Shown in pieces: positions 17,369 through 27,188 of a stretch of 64,000 bases of DNA (its first letter is position 1; the number at the start of each line of letters is the position of its first letter). Source of the stretch: Candidatus Krumholzibacteriota bacterium (GTDB lineage: Bacteria; Krumholzibacteriota; Krumholzibacteriia; Krumholzibacteriales; WJIX01). The DNA is taken from positions 732,560 through 796,559 of the forward strand of contig JAXHNR010000001.1 of assembly GCA_034520215.1 (NCBI GenBank). The letters run 5' to 3'. The position numbers and the translations under genes are program-made. The notes under the pieces were generated by a model, which saw only the letters and a list, made by a program, of their open reading frames with translations, did not search any database and was not told where the DNA came from.

Positions 17369-18853
17369 GTGTTACTTTCAGAATTAATAGAATCTGTTGA
17401 TGTATTGGAAGATAGAGGTTTTACGAATGTTAATATTTCTGGAATTTCAACAGATTCCAGGACTGTCAAAAAAGGTGACTTGTTTATAGCGGTTAAAGGA
17501 GAAAGATATGACGGGCATGATTTTGTAGGTGATGCCGTTAAATCCGGTGCGGCGGCAGTTGTTACACGAAAAAGGGTCAAATCCGAAGTTCCTTTGATTG
17601 TTGTTCGCGATACTGCTTTAGCCGAGGGGCTTCTGGCGGTTAAATATTACGGCAACCCCGCCCGGGATATGTTTTTAATTGGAATAACAGGCACAAACGG
17701 CAAGACTTCTTCAGCTTTCTTGCTTAAATCGATTCTCGAAGAATCCTTTGGAATCGTCGGAATTATAGGAACAGTAGGTTACGGAAGTGGAAAGAATATA
17801 TTTTCTTCACAAAGGACGACTCCGGGCGCTTCGGACTTGAACCGTAAATTGGCCGCGTTTAGAGATGAAGGATGCGGGGCTGTTGTAATGGAAGTAAGTT
17901 CCCACGGTGTTGTTCAGGGCAGAATTACAGGGGTAGAGTTTGATATCGGAATATTTACAAACATTTCAAGGGATCACCTCGATTACCATAAAACGTTTAA
18001 GAGTTATCTTGACGCGAAAAAGAAATTCGTTTTATCTCTCGCGGGCGAAGAACGGGTGAAAGAAGAAGGAAAATTAATATACAATACGGATGATTCTGTT
18101 GTGCGGGAAATTGGTAAAGAGTTTTATGGCAGGAAAATTTCCTTTGGAGTGGAAGATGATGCCGATATTAAGGCTGTTAATGTAAAGACGAATCTGAAGA
18201 ATACCACATTTGATCTTGAAGCTGCCGATGAAAAGGTAAGCATAGAGTTAAACCTCCTTGGAGAGTTTTCTGTGTATAACGCTTTAGCAGCCGCCGCCGC
18301 TTCCTACGCTCTCGATATAAGTTCTAATTATATAAAATCAGGATTGAGAAGAATAGAATCTATTCCCGGACGTTTTCAGGTTGTGCCTTCATCAAAGGGA
18401 CCGACAGTTGTTGTAGACTATGCGCATACTCCGGACGCGCTGGAGAACGTTCTGAAATTCTGCGTTAATCTTGATTCCGCGCGTCTTATTACTGTATTCG
18501 GATGCGGCGGTGACCGGGATCGCGGGAAGAGGCCTATTATGGGAGCGATAGCTGTAAGATTCAGCGATACAGTTTATGTGACGACCGATAACCCTCGCAC
18601 AGAAGATCCGCGCCGGATAATTGACGAAATTCTCGAAGGGATAGAAAAGGATAAATGTGAAGTAAAGGTTGTGGTCGATAGAAGAGAAGCTATAAGAAAA
18701 GCAGTGTTGGACGCGGGGGATAATGATCTTGTGCTCATAGCGGGGAAGGGTCATGAAGAGATTCAGATAGTCGGACGGAAGAGATTCAAGTTCAGTGATG
18801 TCAGTGAAGCTGAGAGAGCTATAAAATCAAGGGAGGTAGGTTATCAGAGTTGA
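17369..18853 (+). CDS. murE: UDP-N-acetylmuramoyl-L-alanyl-D-glutamate--2,6-diaminopimelate ligase MurE
   Basis: GITGTNGKTS P-loop and the Mur ligase fold. A DNPR motif (TTDNPRTEDP) indicates meso-DAP specificity. Confidence 0.9.
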   Translation: MLLSELIESVDVLEDRGFTNVNISGISTDSRTVKKGDLFIAVKGERYDGHDFVGDAVKSGAAAVVTRKRVKSEVPLIVVRDTALAEGLLAVKYYGNPARDMFLIGITGTNGKTSSAFLLKSILEESFGIVGIIGTVGYGSGKNIFSSQRTTPGASDLNRKLAAFRDEGCGAVVMEVSSHGVVQGRITGVEFDIGIFTNISRDHLDYHKTFKSYLDAKKKFVLSLAGEERVKEEGKLIYNTDDSVVREIGKEFYGRKISFGVEDDADIKAVNVKTNLKNTTFDLEAADEKVSIELNLLGEFSVYNALAAAAASYALDISSNYIKSGLRRIESIPGRFQVVPSSKGPTVVVDYAHTPDALENVLKFCVNLDSARLITVFGCGGDRDRGKRPIMGAIAVRFSDTVYVTTDNPRTEDPRRIIDEILEGIEKDKCEVKVVVDRREAIRKAVLDAGDNDLVLIAGKGHEEIQIVGRKRFKFSDVSEAERAIKSREVGYQS

Positions 18854-18875
18854 GCTTGAATGGTTAGCCGAATCA

Positions 18876-20246
18876 ATGGGGCGGGAGACCTATAATGGTG
18901 AAAGACCTCTGACGGGGGCTGTGGAAGGAGTTTCGATAGATACAAGGCGTGAATGCAGTGGAACTCTTTTCGTTGCCATTGAAGGGGAAAATAACGACGG
19001 CCATGATTATCTTGAAGACGCGGTTACCTCAGGCGCGAAAGCGCTTCTCGTTTCGAAAAACAAGAGAGATAAATGCGCGGGACTGGAAGTACCTGTATTT
19101 GAAGTCGAGGATACGGTAAAGGCTCTTCAGAGAATATCTTCTGACTATAAAGATAAAATAGGAGTTCGATCGGTAGGTGTTACGGGCACCACCGGTAAAA
19201 CAGAAACAAAAGAAATGCTTACTTCAATGCTCGCCGAGAAGTACAGGGTCCACGCGACCCCGGGAAATTATAATAATCATATAGGGCTTCCTTTAACAAT
19301 ATTGGGTATGGATGAAGAAACAGAAATTCTCGTAATTGAAATGGGAGCCAGCCGCAGCGGTGAGATAAAGCTCCTTGCCGGCATAGGTAAACCGGATATT
19401 GGCGTCATAACGAATATCGGCCCCGGTCATCTTGAATTCTTCAGGTCTTTAAAGGGTGTCGCAGAGGCAAAATCGGAATTAATAAGCTCATTATCTGAAG
19501 AAAATAGAGCGGTATTGCCGGCAGATGACGATTTCTTTGAATTCCTGAAAGAGAAAACCAAAGCGGATGTCGTCAGTTTCGGTTTTTCTGATGACGCCCA
19601 GTGGTCTCCTGAGGAAGTTGAATCAGTAAATGGAGGGGGATATAAGTTTATCCTCGGAGGTCAGGCTATGCGGATAAATAGTTATGGGAGATACCATCTA
19701 TTGAATGCGGCAGCCGCGACGGCGGCTGCTTCCTGCCTTGACGTTTCAATTTCCGATATTGCCGGTGCCATAGGCGATTTCAGGGCAGTTGAGAGAAGAG
19801 GAAGGATATTCAATGTGGGGGGGATTGTATTTGTAAATGATTCGTATAATTCCAATCCCTTGTCGCTAAAATCTTCTGTTGAAGCTTTTATGGAGATGCC
19901 CGTAGAGGGCAGAGCGTGGCTCGTGCTGGGAGATATGCTGGAACTGGGACCTAAAAGCGGAGACTTACACAGAGAAGTTGGAAAATTTTGCGGCAGGGCG
20001 GGAGTTTATGGATTGATTACTATGGGGAAAAAAAGTGTCGAAATTAGCAGAGAAGCATCTATTCAGAGCAAAGCGCCGGATATTATCAGTCATTTCATGG
20101 ATATAGTTAAGTTGTCCCGTTATCTGAATGAATTGTTAAAAGAGGGAGACGCTGTATTAATTAAGGGATCGAGAAATATGGGAATGTGGAAGTTAATCGA
20201 TGAAATTGAAATACTCAGGGAAACTCCAAAAAGGAGAGTTGACTGA
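18876..20246 (+). CDS. murF: UDP-N-acetylmuramoyl-tripeptide--D-alanyl-D-alanine ligase MurF
   Basis: GVTGTTGKTETKEM P-loop and Mur ligase C-terminal domain. Position between murE and mraY. Confidence 0.85.
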   Translation: MGRETYNGERPLTGAVEGVSIDTRRECSGTLFVAIEGENNDGHDYLEDAVTSGAKALLVSKNKRDKCAGLEVPVFEVEDTVKALQRISSDYKDKIGVRSVGVTGTTGKTETKEMLTSMLAEKYRVHATPGNYNNHIGLPLTILGMDEETEILVIEMGASRSGEIKLLAGIGKPDIGVITNIGPGHLEFFRSLKGVAEAKSELISSLSEENRAVLPADDDFFEFLKEKTKADVVSFGFSDDAQWSPEEVESVNGGGYKFILGGQAMRINSYGRYHLLNAAAATAAASCLDVSISDIAGAIGDFRAVERRGRIFNVGGIVFVNDSYNSNPLSLKSSVEAFMEMPVEGRAWLVLGDMLELGPKSGDLHREVGKFCGRAGVYGLITMGKKSVEISREASIQSKAPDIISHFMDIVKLSRYLNELLKEGDAVLIKGSRNMGMWKLIDEIEILRETPKRRVD

Positions 20247-21331
20247 TGCTCTATCACCTTCTCTATCCGCTGAAAGAATATTTCTTCGCGTTCAATGTTT
20301 TCAAATACATAACTTTCAGAGCCGCTTACGCGACTGTTACAGCTTTGGTTATGAGTTTTGTTATAGGTCCCAGAATGATAGGGTGGTTGGCGAAGATGCA
20401 AATTGGACAGAGAATCAGAGTAGATGTTCCAGAGCGGCATTCAAGTAAAGAAGGTACACCCACGATGGGGGGAGTATTAATTATAGCCGCGACAATAATT
20501 CCCACTTTACTTTGGGCAAACCTTAATAATCCTTATATTCAGCTTGTTTTAGTAGTTACGTTATGGATAGGGTTAATTGGATTCTGGGATGACTATCTTA
20601 GCGTAGTAAAGAAACGAGCCAAGGGTCTTGTCGGTAAATATAAGCTTTTTGGCCAGCTGCTCTTCGGAGCGGCACTTGGAGTATTTCTCTATTTCACACC
20701 CATTATACAGGAGAACGCGACCAGCACAGCTATTCCTTTCGTTAAAGACACATACCTGGATTGGAATATTTTTTATATTCCTTTTGTGATGCTTGTGGTT
20801 ACCGGTACTTCGAACGCGGTTAATTTGACTGACGGGCTCGACGGTCTCGCGACAGGTGTTACTATATTTTGTTTTCTGTCGTTTGCGATTCTCGCGTATC
20901 TCTCGGGGCATGCCGTTTTCGCCGATTATCTGAATATATTTTATCAGAAGGGCAGTGGAGAGCTTGCTGTATATTGTATGTCAGTTGTCGGAGCGTCTAT
21001 GGGTTTTTTATGGTTTAATACTCATCCCGCTAAGATTTTTATGGGGGATACAGGTTCTTTAGCTCTAGGCGGAGCGCTTGGGACAATCGCCGTTCTGCTT
21101 AAAAGCGAGTTTCTGCTGTTGATAATCGGGGGCATTTTCGTCATTGAAGCCGCTTCAGTTATATTGCAGGTAATTTCCTTCAAACTCAGGGGGAAGAGAA
21201 TATTTAAAATGGCGCCTCTTCATCACCACTTTGAACTGAAAGGCTGGAGTGAAGAGCAGGTAGTTGTGAGATTCTGGATTCTAGCCGCTCTCTTTATGTT
21301 GATTGGAATGAGTACTCTGAAACTAAGATAA
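20246..21331 (+). CDS. mraY: Phospho-N-acetylmuramoyl-pentapeptide transferase MraY
   Basis: MLYHLLYPL…FRAAYATVTAL… and the conserved NAVNLTDGLDGLA motif. Ten transmembrane helices. Confidence 0.95.
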   Translation: MLYHLLYPLKEYFFAFNVFKYITFRAAYATVTALVMSFVIGPRMIGWLAKMQIGQRIRVDVPERHSSKEGTPTMGGVLIIAATIIPTLLWANLNNPYIQLVLVVTLWIGLIGFWDDYLSVVKKRAKGLVGKYKLFGQLLFGAALGVFLYFTPIIQENATSTAIPFVKDTYLDWNIFYIPFVMLVVTGTSNAVNLTDGLDGLATGVTIFCFLSFAILAYLSGHAVFADYLNIFYQKGSGELAVYCMSVVGASMGFLWFNTHPAKIFMGDTGSLALGGALGTIAVLLKSEFLLLIIGGIFVIEAASVILQVISFKLRGKRIFKMAPLHHHFELKGWSEEQVVVRFWILAALFMLIGMSTLKLR

Positions 21332-22708
21332 GTGCAGATTTGGGAGAATGGTTTGTCTGATAAGTTTAAAACGGATTATCAAAATAAAAACGTTCTGGTT
21401 TTAGGGCTTGCCAGAAGCGGTCTCGCCGCGATGGATCTACTTCTGAAAAAGGGAGCCAATCTTATCGCCGCGGATGAGAACAGGGATATTTCGATGCCGG
21501 GCAGGTTTAAAGATATAAATATTCATCTCGGACCCTTTTCTGCCGATCTCCTTGACAGTTGTGATGAGGTAATTCTCAGCCCCGGGATTAGTACAAGTCA
21601 TCAGATTGTATTAGAAGCAGTTAATAGATCAATACCGATAGTTTCAGAGCTGGAATTGGGTTACCGCTTCGCGGAGGGAAAGATAATAGCCCTCACGGGA
21701 ACAAACGGCAAATCTACAACTGTCAAGATGATAGAAAGAATATTAATTGAATCCGGGCACAAAGCGATAGCAGCGGGAAATATAGGAAAGCCGTTCAGTA
21801 TGGTAACAGAAGATCTTGATTCTAAAGGTGTATTTGTAATTGAAGTCAGCAGTTTTCAACTTGAACTTATTTCAGATTTCAAACCGGATGTTACTGGGAT
21901 TCTCAATATGACCCCCGATCATCTGGACAGATATCCAACGGCCGCCGATTATTACAGGGCAAAAGAGAGAATCACCGCAAACAATGACGCCGGCGATTGT
22001 TTTTTCTACAATGCTGACGATGAAAGATGCGCCATGGCCGCGTCTAAATTCACGGGAAGTGTAGTCGCGTTTTCGTCCTCAACTCATCTTAACGAGGGAA
22101 TATTTCTAGATGGTTCAACTATAGTAAGAGCGTCAGATGAAAAGAGTCCGGAAGAGATTATGGATGTTTCTGACCTGAAGGTTGTTGGGCTTCATAATGT
22201 TGAAAACGCGCTCGCCGCGATTGCTTCGCTGAATGTATTTGGTGTGCCCGCAAAATCCTGCAGAGAGGCGTTGTCGAATTTCGAAGGGCTTGATCACAGG
22301 ATGGAGAAAGTTAGAACGGTTGAAAATGTAGTATATTTTAATGATTCAAAAGCAACAAATGTTGAAGCGACTGTAAAAAGCCTGGCTCATCTTGAATGCC
22401 CGGTTGTTCTTATCGCGGGTGGTCTCGACAAGGGAGGCGATTTTAAGAAATTGCAGCGGGTTGCTGGCAATATTCTGCATGTTGTATTAATAGGCAGCGC
22501 CGCCGATCTGATTGAAGAAGCGCTATGTGGAATTGTGCCTGTCTCTCGCGCGGAGACAATGACTGAGGCAGTTCAGAAAGCACGTGATGTTAGCGTAGGC
22601 GGTGCTTGTGTTGTCCTGTCACCAGCCTGTGCCAGTTTTGATATGTTTACAGATTTCAGGGAAAGAGGGAATCTTTTTAAAGATATAGTAAATCAAATTG
22701 GGGTGTAA
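21332..22708 (+). CDS. murD: UDP-N-acetylmuramoylalanine--D-glutamate ligase MurD
   Basis: GTG start. VLGLARSGLAA Rossmann motif and GTNGKSTT P-loop. Confidence 0.9.
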   Translation: MQIWENGLSDKFKTDYQNKNVLVLGLARSGLAAMDLLLKKGANLIAADENRDISMPGRFKDINIHLGPFSADLLDSCDEVILSPGISTSHQIVLEAVNRSIPIVSELELGYRFAEGKIIALTGTNGKSTTVKMIERILIESGHKAIAAGNIGKPFSMVTEDLDSKGVFVIEVSSFQLELISDFKPDVTGILNMTPDHLDRYPTAADYYRAKERITANNDAGDCFFYNADDERCAMAASKFTGSVVAFSSSTHLNEGIFLDGSTIVRASDEKSPEEIMDVSDLKVVGLHNVENALAAIASLNVFGVPAKSCREALSNFEGLDHRMEKVRTVENVVYFNDSKATNVEATVKSLAHLECPVVLIAGGLDKGGDFKKLQRVAGNILHVVLIGSAADLIEEALCGIVPVSRAETMTEAVQKARDVSVGGACVVLSPACASFDMFTDFRERGNLFKDIVNQIGV

Positions 22709-22712
22709 TTAA

Positions 22713-23897
22713 GTGGAAACGAGAAAGAGATACGACATACATTTGCTTTGCGCCGCGATTCTTCTCGCCGTTCTGGGAATGGTTATGGTTTCGTCTGCTA
22801 CTCAGATGATCGCGAAAGAGAAATACGGAACTCCTTATTTCTTTATGCAGCGTAAAGCTATGCACCTGGGGATGGGAATTCTTTGCCTGCTAGTGTGTAT
22901 GAAAATCCCCTTTGAGATTTACAGAAGAATTTCAGCAATGATGCTTTTTATCTCAATATTTCTATTAATTGCTGTTTTGATATGGGGAAAGGAAATTAGA
23001 GGAGCAAGGAGATGGCTCAATATTTATAACATTACTATTCAACCGGTTGAGTTGGTTAAATACTCTTTAGTAATATTTATTGCTGATATGATCGCGAGGG
23101 GAAGAGGCGGAATCAGAAGGTTTAAACAGGCGTTTCTTCCCGTATTTGTGTTTTCGGTAGTGATTGCGGTGTTGCTGATGCTACAACCCAATATAAGCAA
23201 CGCTACTCTGATTATTTTACTTTCCATGACTCTTCTTTTTCTGGGGAATTGTAAATTTGTTCATCTGGCAGGTTATTATGGAGCTATTATTATCGCTTCA
23301 GCGCCATATATTTATTTGAGGCCTCATGTTTACAACAGATTCTTAGCTATCTTAAATCGAGGGGAGTTTGCTCTATCTCAAAATTGGCATGTGAGACAAT
23401 CTCTGATCTCTCTGGGCTCTGGATTTATTTTCGGCTGCGGCCTTGGAAACGGGCATCAAAAATTCAACTTCCTGCCCGACCCCCATACAGATTTTATTTA
23501 TTCCATAATAGGTGAGGAGTTTGGAATAATTGGGACACTTTTCGTTCTCGGAATTTTTATTTTCATATTCCAGAGAGTTATGAATATAACAAGAAATGCG
23601 CCAACCACATTCGGCCGTTTTCTTGCCCTCGGGATAGGCCTGGTTATTTTATCCACGGCACTGATTAATATAACAATGAGTATAGGGTTGCTTCCTACGA
23701 TAGGGCTTCCACTTCCATTTGTAAGTTATGGAGGTACTTCTCTTATTACGACTATGTCTGCCGTCGGTGTCTTGCTGAATATTTCAGGAAGCGGGAAGAA
23801 GAAAGCCAGCCCCGGCCTTTTCCAGAGAACTGGTAAGAGCGCCAGCACTGTATTCGCGAGACGGGCCGAAAATAGAGGGAAGGGGAGGATTAAGTGA
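22713..23897 (+). CDS. ftsW: Peptidoglycan glycosyltransferase / lipid II flippase FtsW (SEDS family)
   Basis: SEDS-family membrane protein (…LPDPHTDFIYSIIGEEFG…), located between murD and murG. Confidence 0.85.
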   Translation: METRKRYDIHLLCAAILLAVLGMVMVSSATQMIAKEKYGTPYFFMQRKAMHLGMGILCLLVCMKIPFEIYRRISAMMLFISIFLLIAVLIWGKEIRGARRWLNIYNITIQPVELVKYSLVIFIADMIARGRGGIRRFKQAFLPVFVFSVVIAVLLMLQPNISNATLIILLSMTLLFLGNCKFVHLAGYYGAIIIASAPYIYLRPHVYNRFLAILNRGEFALSQNWHVRQSLISLGSGFIFGCGLGNGHQKFNFLPDPHTDFIYSIIGEEFGIIGTLFVLGIFIFIFQRVMNITRNAPTTFGRFLALGIGLVILSTALINITMSIGLLPTIGLPLPFVSYGGTSLITTMSAVGVLLNISGSGKKKASPGLFQRTGKSASTVFARRAENRGKGRIK

Positions 23898-25027
23898 AGA
23901 TTATTTTTTCCGGAGGAGGTACTGGAGGGCATCTCTATCCCGCTCTTGCTGTTGTGGATGAAATAAAAGCAAGGAGCCTCCCTTTAGAAGCTTTGTTTGT
24001 TGGAACGAAGGCAGGTATGGAATCGGAAATACTTCAGAAGTACGGATATGATATAAAGTTTATAAGCTCGCGGGGAATGAGGGGTAAGAACATTTTCGGC
24101 CTGGTTAATACCGCGTTCAGTCTTGCTCTGGGAATAATACAGGCTCTTGTAATTCAATTGAGGTTTAAACCGGATATAGTTTTTGGATTTGGAGGATACG
24201 CGAGCGCCGCGGTTGTAATTGCTTCGAGTTTTTCAAAATGCGGCGTGATGCTGCAGGAACAGAATTCGATTCCCGGAATTACAAACAGGCTGTTATCGAA
24301 GTTAGCAGACCGTGTATATCTGGGTTTTGAAAGTGCCGGGGAATATTTTAAAAAGAAGGATAATATTGTTATAACCGGCAACCCGCTGCGAAGAGTAATA
24401 ACGAAAGAATACAACAATAGACCTTATGAATCTTTTGGGTTGAAAGAGAATATTCCGACTCTACTCGTATTTGGGGGAAGTCAGGGAGCGAGATCTCTCA
24501 ACCAAGCCGCTGTAGAGTATTTCCTGGCGGGTAATAATAATATACAGGGGATAATACAGACAGGTTCAAGAGGATACCGGTGGGTGAATGAGAGAATCGG
24601 AGAAGTGGAAGGAGTATTTGTCACTGATTACATAATGGATATCCGCGACGCTTATCAAGTTGCGGATGTTGCTTTGGCGAGAGCCGGAGCACTGAGCGTG
24701 TCAGAACTCGCCGCGGTAGGGATTCCGTCAGTACTTGTACCCTATCCTCATTCTGTAGATGATCACCAGATTCATAACGCCCGTTTTATGGCCAGCGCCG
24801 GAGCCTCTGTAGTCATAGATGATTCCGTGCTTGACGGCAAGCATCTTGAAACTGCGTTGGAAGAAATTGTCGGGGATTCTGAAAGGTTTGAAATGATGAA
24901 GAAATCGGCCCTTGATATAGGAGTCAGAGATGCTTCCCGCAGAATAGTGGATGATATGTTGGAATTCTATCAAAGAAAATCAAAGGGTGTTTCTAAGAAA
25001 CGTTTTAGTGATAAGAAACTTATATAG
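23894..25027 (+). CDS. murG: Undecaprenyldiphospho-muramoylpentapeptide beta-N-acetylglucosaminyltransferase MurG
   Basis: IIFSGGGTGGHLYPALAV N-terminus and GT28 fold. Confidence 0.9.
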   Translation: MKIIFSGGGTGGHLYPALAVVDEIKARSLPLEALFVGTKAGMESEILQKYGYDIKFISSRGMRGKNIFGLVNTAFSLALGIIQALVIQLRFKPDIVFGFGGYASAAVVIASSFSKCGVMLQEQNSIPGITNRLLSKLADRVYLGFESAGEYFKKKDNIVITGNPLRRVITKEYNNRPYESFGLKENIPTLLVFGGSQGARSLNQAAVEYFLAGNNNIQGIIQTGSRGYRWVNERIGEVEGVFVTDYIMDIRDAYQVADVALARAGALSVSELAAVGIPSVLVPYPHSVDDHQIHNARFMASAGASVVIDDSVLDGKHLETALEEIVGDSERFEMMKKSALDIGVRDASRRIVDDMLEFYQRKSKGVSKKRFSDKKLI

Positions 25028-25039
25028 AAAGAGTTATAT

Positions 25040-26425
25040 ATGCTGGGAAAGAGAAAACATGTTCATTTTATTGGTATCGGCGGGATTGGTATGAGCGGGA
25101 TAGCCGAAGTATTAATAAATCTCGGATTTGAAATTACGGGATCTGATTTAAAAAGTACCGCGGTTACCAGACATCTCGAATCACTGGGAGCAAAAATATG
25201 GAAGGGACATAGAAAAGAGAATGTTTCAGAGAGTGATGTGGTTGTCGTTTCTTCCGCTGTATCTCCTTCGAATCCCGAAGTTGTAGAAGCCGGCAGAAGA
25301 AATATTCCTATTATCCCCCGGTCAGACATGCTGGGTGAATTAATGACGATAAGGGAGGGTATCGCGATTGCCGGCGCGCATGGTAAAACTACAACAACAT
25401 CAATCGCGGCTGAGGTTGTCAGCAGGGCGGGAATGGACCCTACAGTAGTTGTTGGAGGAAAGGTCAAGGCTTTAAAAGCGAACGCGAGGCTTGGCAAAGG
25501 TAAATTCATTATCGCGGAAGTTGACGAAAGTGACGGATACTTTGTCAGATTATCTCCTGTTATCGCTATGATAACAAATATTGACAGGGAACATATAGAT
25601 TGTTACGGGAGTATCGAAAATATATATGAAGCGTTTATAACTTTCGCGGGGCGTGTTCCTTTTCACGGCGCAGTAATATGTTGTATAGACAACTCTCATG
25701 TTAGGACGATTATTCCTAAAATAGACCGTAGAGTAATAACTTTCGGGTTAAGTGAAGATGCTGATGTTAGAGGAGTTATCAAAGAATATAGTGAGGAGGG
25801 AACAAGTTTTACCCTTTATATCAATGGGGAGAGAAGAGGGGACCTATTTATTAATCTTCCCGGGCGTTATAATGTTTTGAATGCGCTTGGTGTTTGTGCC
25901 CTATCCGAGGAGATTGGAATTAATTTCGAAGCCCTTAAGAAGGGGCTTCTAAAGTTCCAGGGTGTCGGCAGAAGATTTGAGTTTAAAGGAGAGACAGGGG
26001 GAATCCTTTTTCTTGATGATTACGCGCACCATCCCACTGAGATTCAATCTGTAATCGATACAGCCAGAAAGAATTTCTCAAGGAGAATTGTTGCCGTCTT
26101 CCAACCACACCGGTATACACGGACAAGGGATTTATATTCGGAGTTCAGCACATGTTTTAGTAAGGCGGATCAGGTCTTTATTACCGATGTCTATGCCGCG
26201 GGTGAGGAAGCACTGCCCGGTGTAAGCGGCGAGCTCATATACAGGGTTGTTATGAGAAATAATACTGGAACTGTTGATTATCTGCCGGACAGACGGGATT
26301 TGAAGAGCTCCGTATCGGATTTTATAAAAGAAGGTGATTTAGTTTTAACACTTGGAGCCGGTGATATCTGGCGTTTAGGAGAGGAAATCCTCAAAGAGAA
26401 AAGGCTAGAATATGAGAAGAAATAG
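25040..26425 (+). CDS. murC: UDP-N-acetylmuramate--L-alanine ligase MurC
   Basis: HFIGIGGIGMSGIAEVL and the AGAHGKTTTTS P-loop. Confidence 0.9.
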   Translation: MLGKRKHVHFIGIGGIGMSGIAEVLINLGFEITGSDLKSTAVTRHLESLGAKIWKGHRKENVSESDVVVVSSAVSPSNPEVVEAGRRNIPIIPRSDMLGELMTIREGIAIAGAHGKTTTTSIAAEVVSRAGMDPTVVVGGKVKALKANARLGKGKFIIAEVDESDGYFVRLSPVIAMITNIDREHIDCYGSIENIYEAFITFAGRVPFHGAVICCIDNSHVRTIIPKIDRRVITFGLSEDADVRGVIKEYSEEGTSFTLYINGERRGDLFINLPGRYNVLNALGVCALSEEIGINFEALKKGLLKFQGVGRRFEFKGETGGILFLDDYAHHPTEIQSVIDTARKNFSRRIVAVFQPHRYTRTRDLYSEFSTCFSKADQVFITDVYAAGEEALPGVSGELIYRVVMRNNTGTVDYLPDRRDLKSSVSDFIKEGDLVLTLGAGDIWRLGEEILKEKRLEYEKK

Positions 26426-27161
26426 TAAATCAGTTATGGCTTCGCGCAATTCGACGGTCAATAAGAATCACAGTTCCCGTTTGATCCTGCTCTTTACGAT
26501 AATTTTCATAGCAGGGGGAGGGTTATATCTCTGGTTTTTTACCGGAGTTTTTACCGTTCGACAAATAAATATCTACGAAGGAACAGACTTGCCGTTTGAT
26601 GCACTTTCAAAGTGTAAAGAACAATATATCGGATGTAACATCTTTACAATTCCACTTGAAGAATTAAAAATGGATATCCTCGAGTGCGGGGATGTGGAAG
26701 ATGTAGTTTTCAAGCGAAACTCTTTCCACAGTATCAATTGCTATTTGAAAGCCAGAAACCCAGTTGCGGCTGTGCTCTGCGGGGAAGTCCGTGAAGTTGA
26801 CGAAAACGGGGTGTTTCTTTCGAGAAATATTACAGGTAAAAGTGTGGATCTGCCTCTGATTACAGGGATTAAAGATATAGATGATGAAACAGGCAGGAAA
26901 GAGTTGAAGAAAGCCCTTAAGGTTCTGGATATATTTAAAAAATCCGGGTTTTCACCAGCCCATCAATTGTCCGAGATTCATATTGAAGAAGAGGAAGTTG
27001 CTCTTGTGTGGATGGGGAGCGGGTCGATAATACGTCTCGGAAAATACAGTTTAGAACAGCGAGTTCATAAATTGAAGAGTGTTTACAAAGTGCTTATGGA
27101 ACAGGAAATTTTTCCAAAGATGGTTGATCTGCGTTTCAGCCGTCAAGTTGTAATCAGATAA
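26412..27161 (+). CDS. ftsQ: Cell division protein FtsQ (POTRA-domain bitopic protein)
   Basis: Single N-terminal transmembrane helix (LILLFTIIFIAGGGLYLWFF) followed by a POTRA/FtsQ-like periplasmic domain. Position between murC and ftsA. Confidence 0.6.
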   Translation: MRRNSKSVMASRNSTVNKNHSSRLILLFTIIFIAGGGLYLWFFTGVFTVRQINIYEGTDLPFDALSKCKEQYIGCNIFTIPLEELKMDILECGDVEDVVFKRNSFHSINCYLKARNPVAAVLCGEVREVDENGVFLSRNITGKSVDLPLITGIKDIDDETGRKELKKALKVLDIFKKSGFSPAHQLSEIHIEEEEVALVWMGSGSIIRLGKYSLEQRVHKLKSVYKVLMEQEIFPKMVDLRFSRQVVIR

Positions 27162-27188
27162 GAGATTGCAAGAAGGTGAGGCTGTAAT

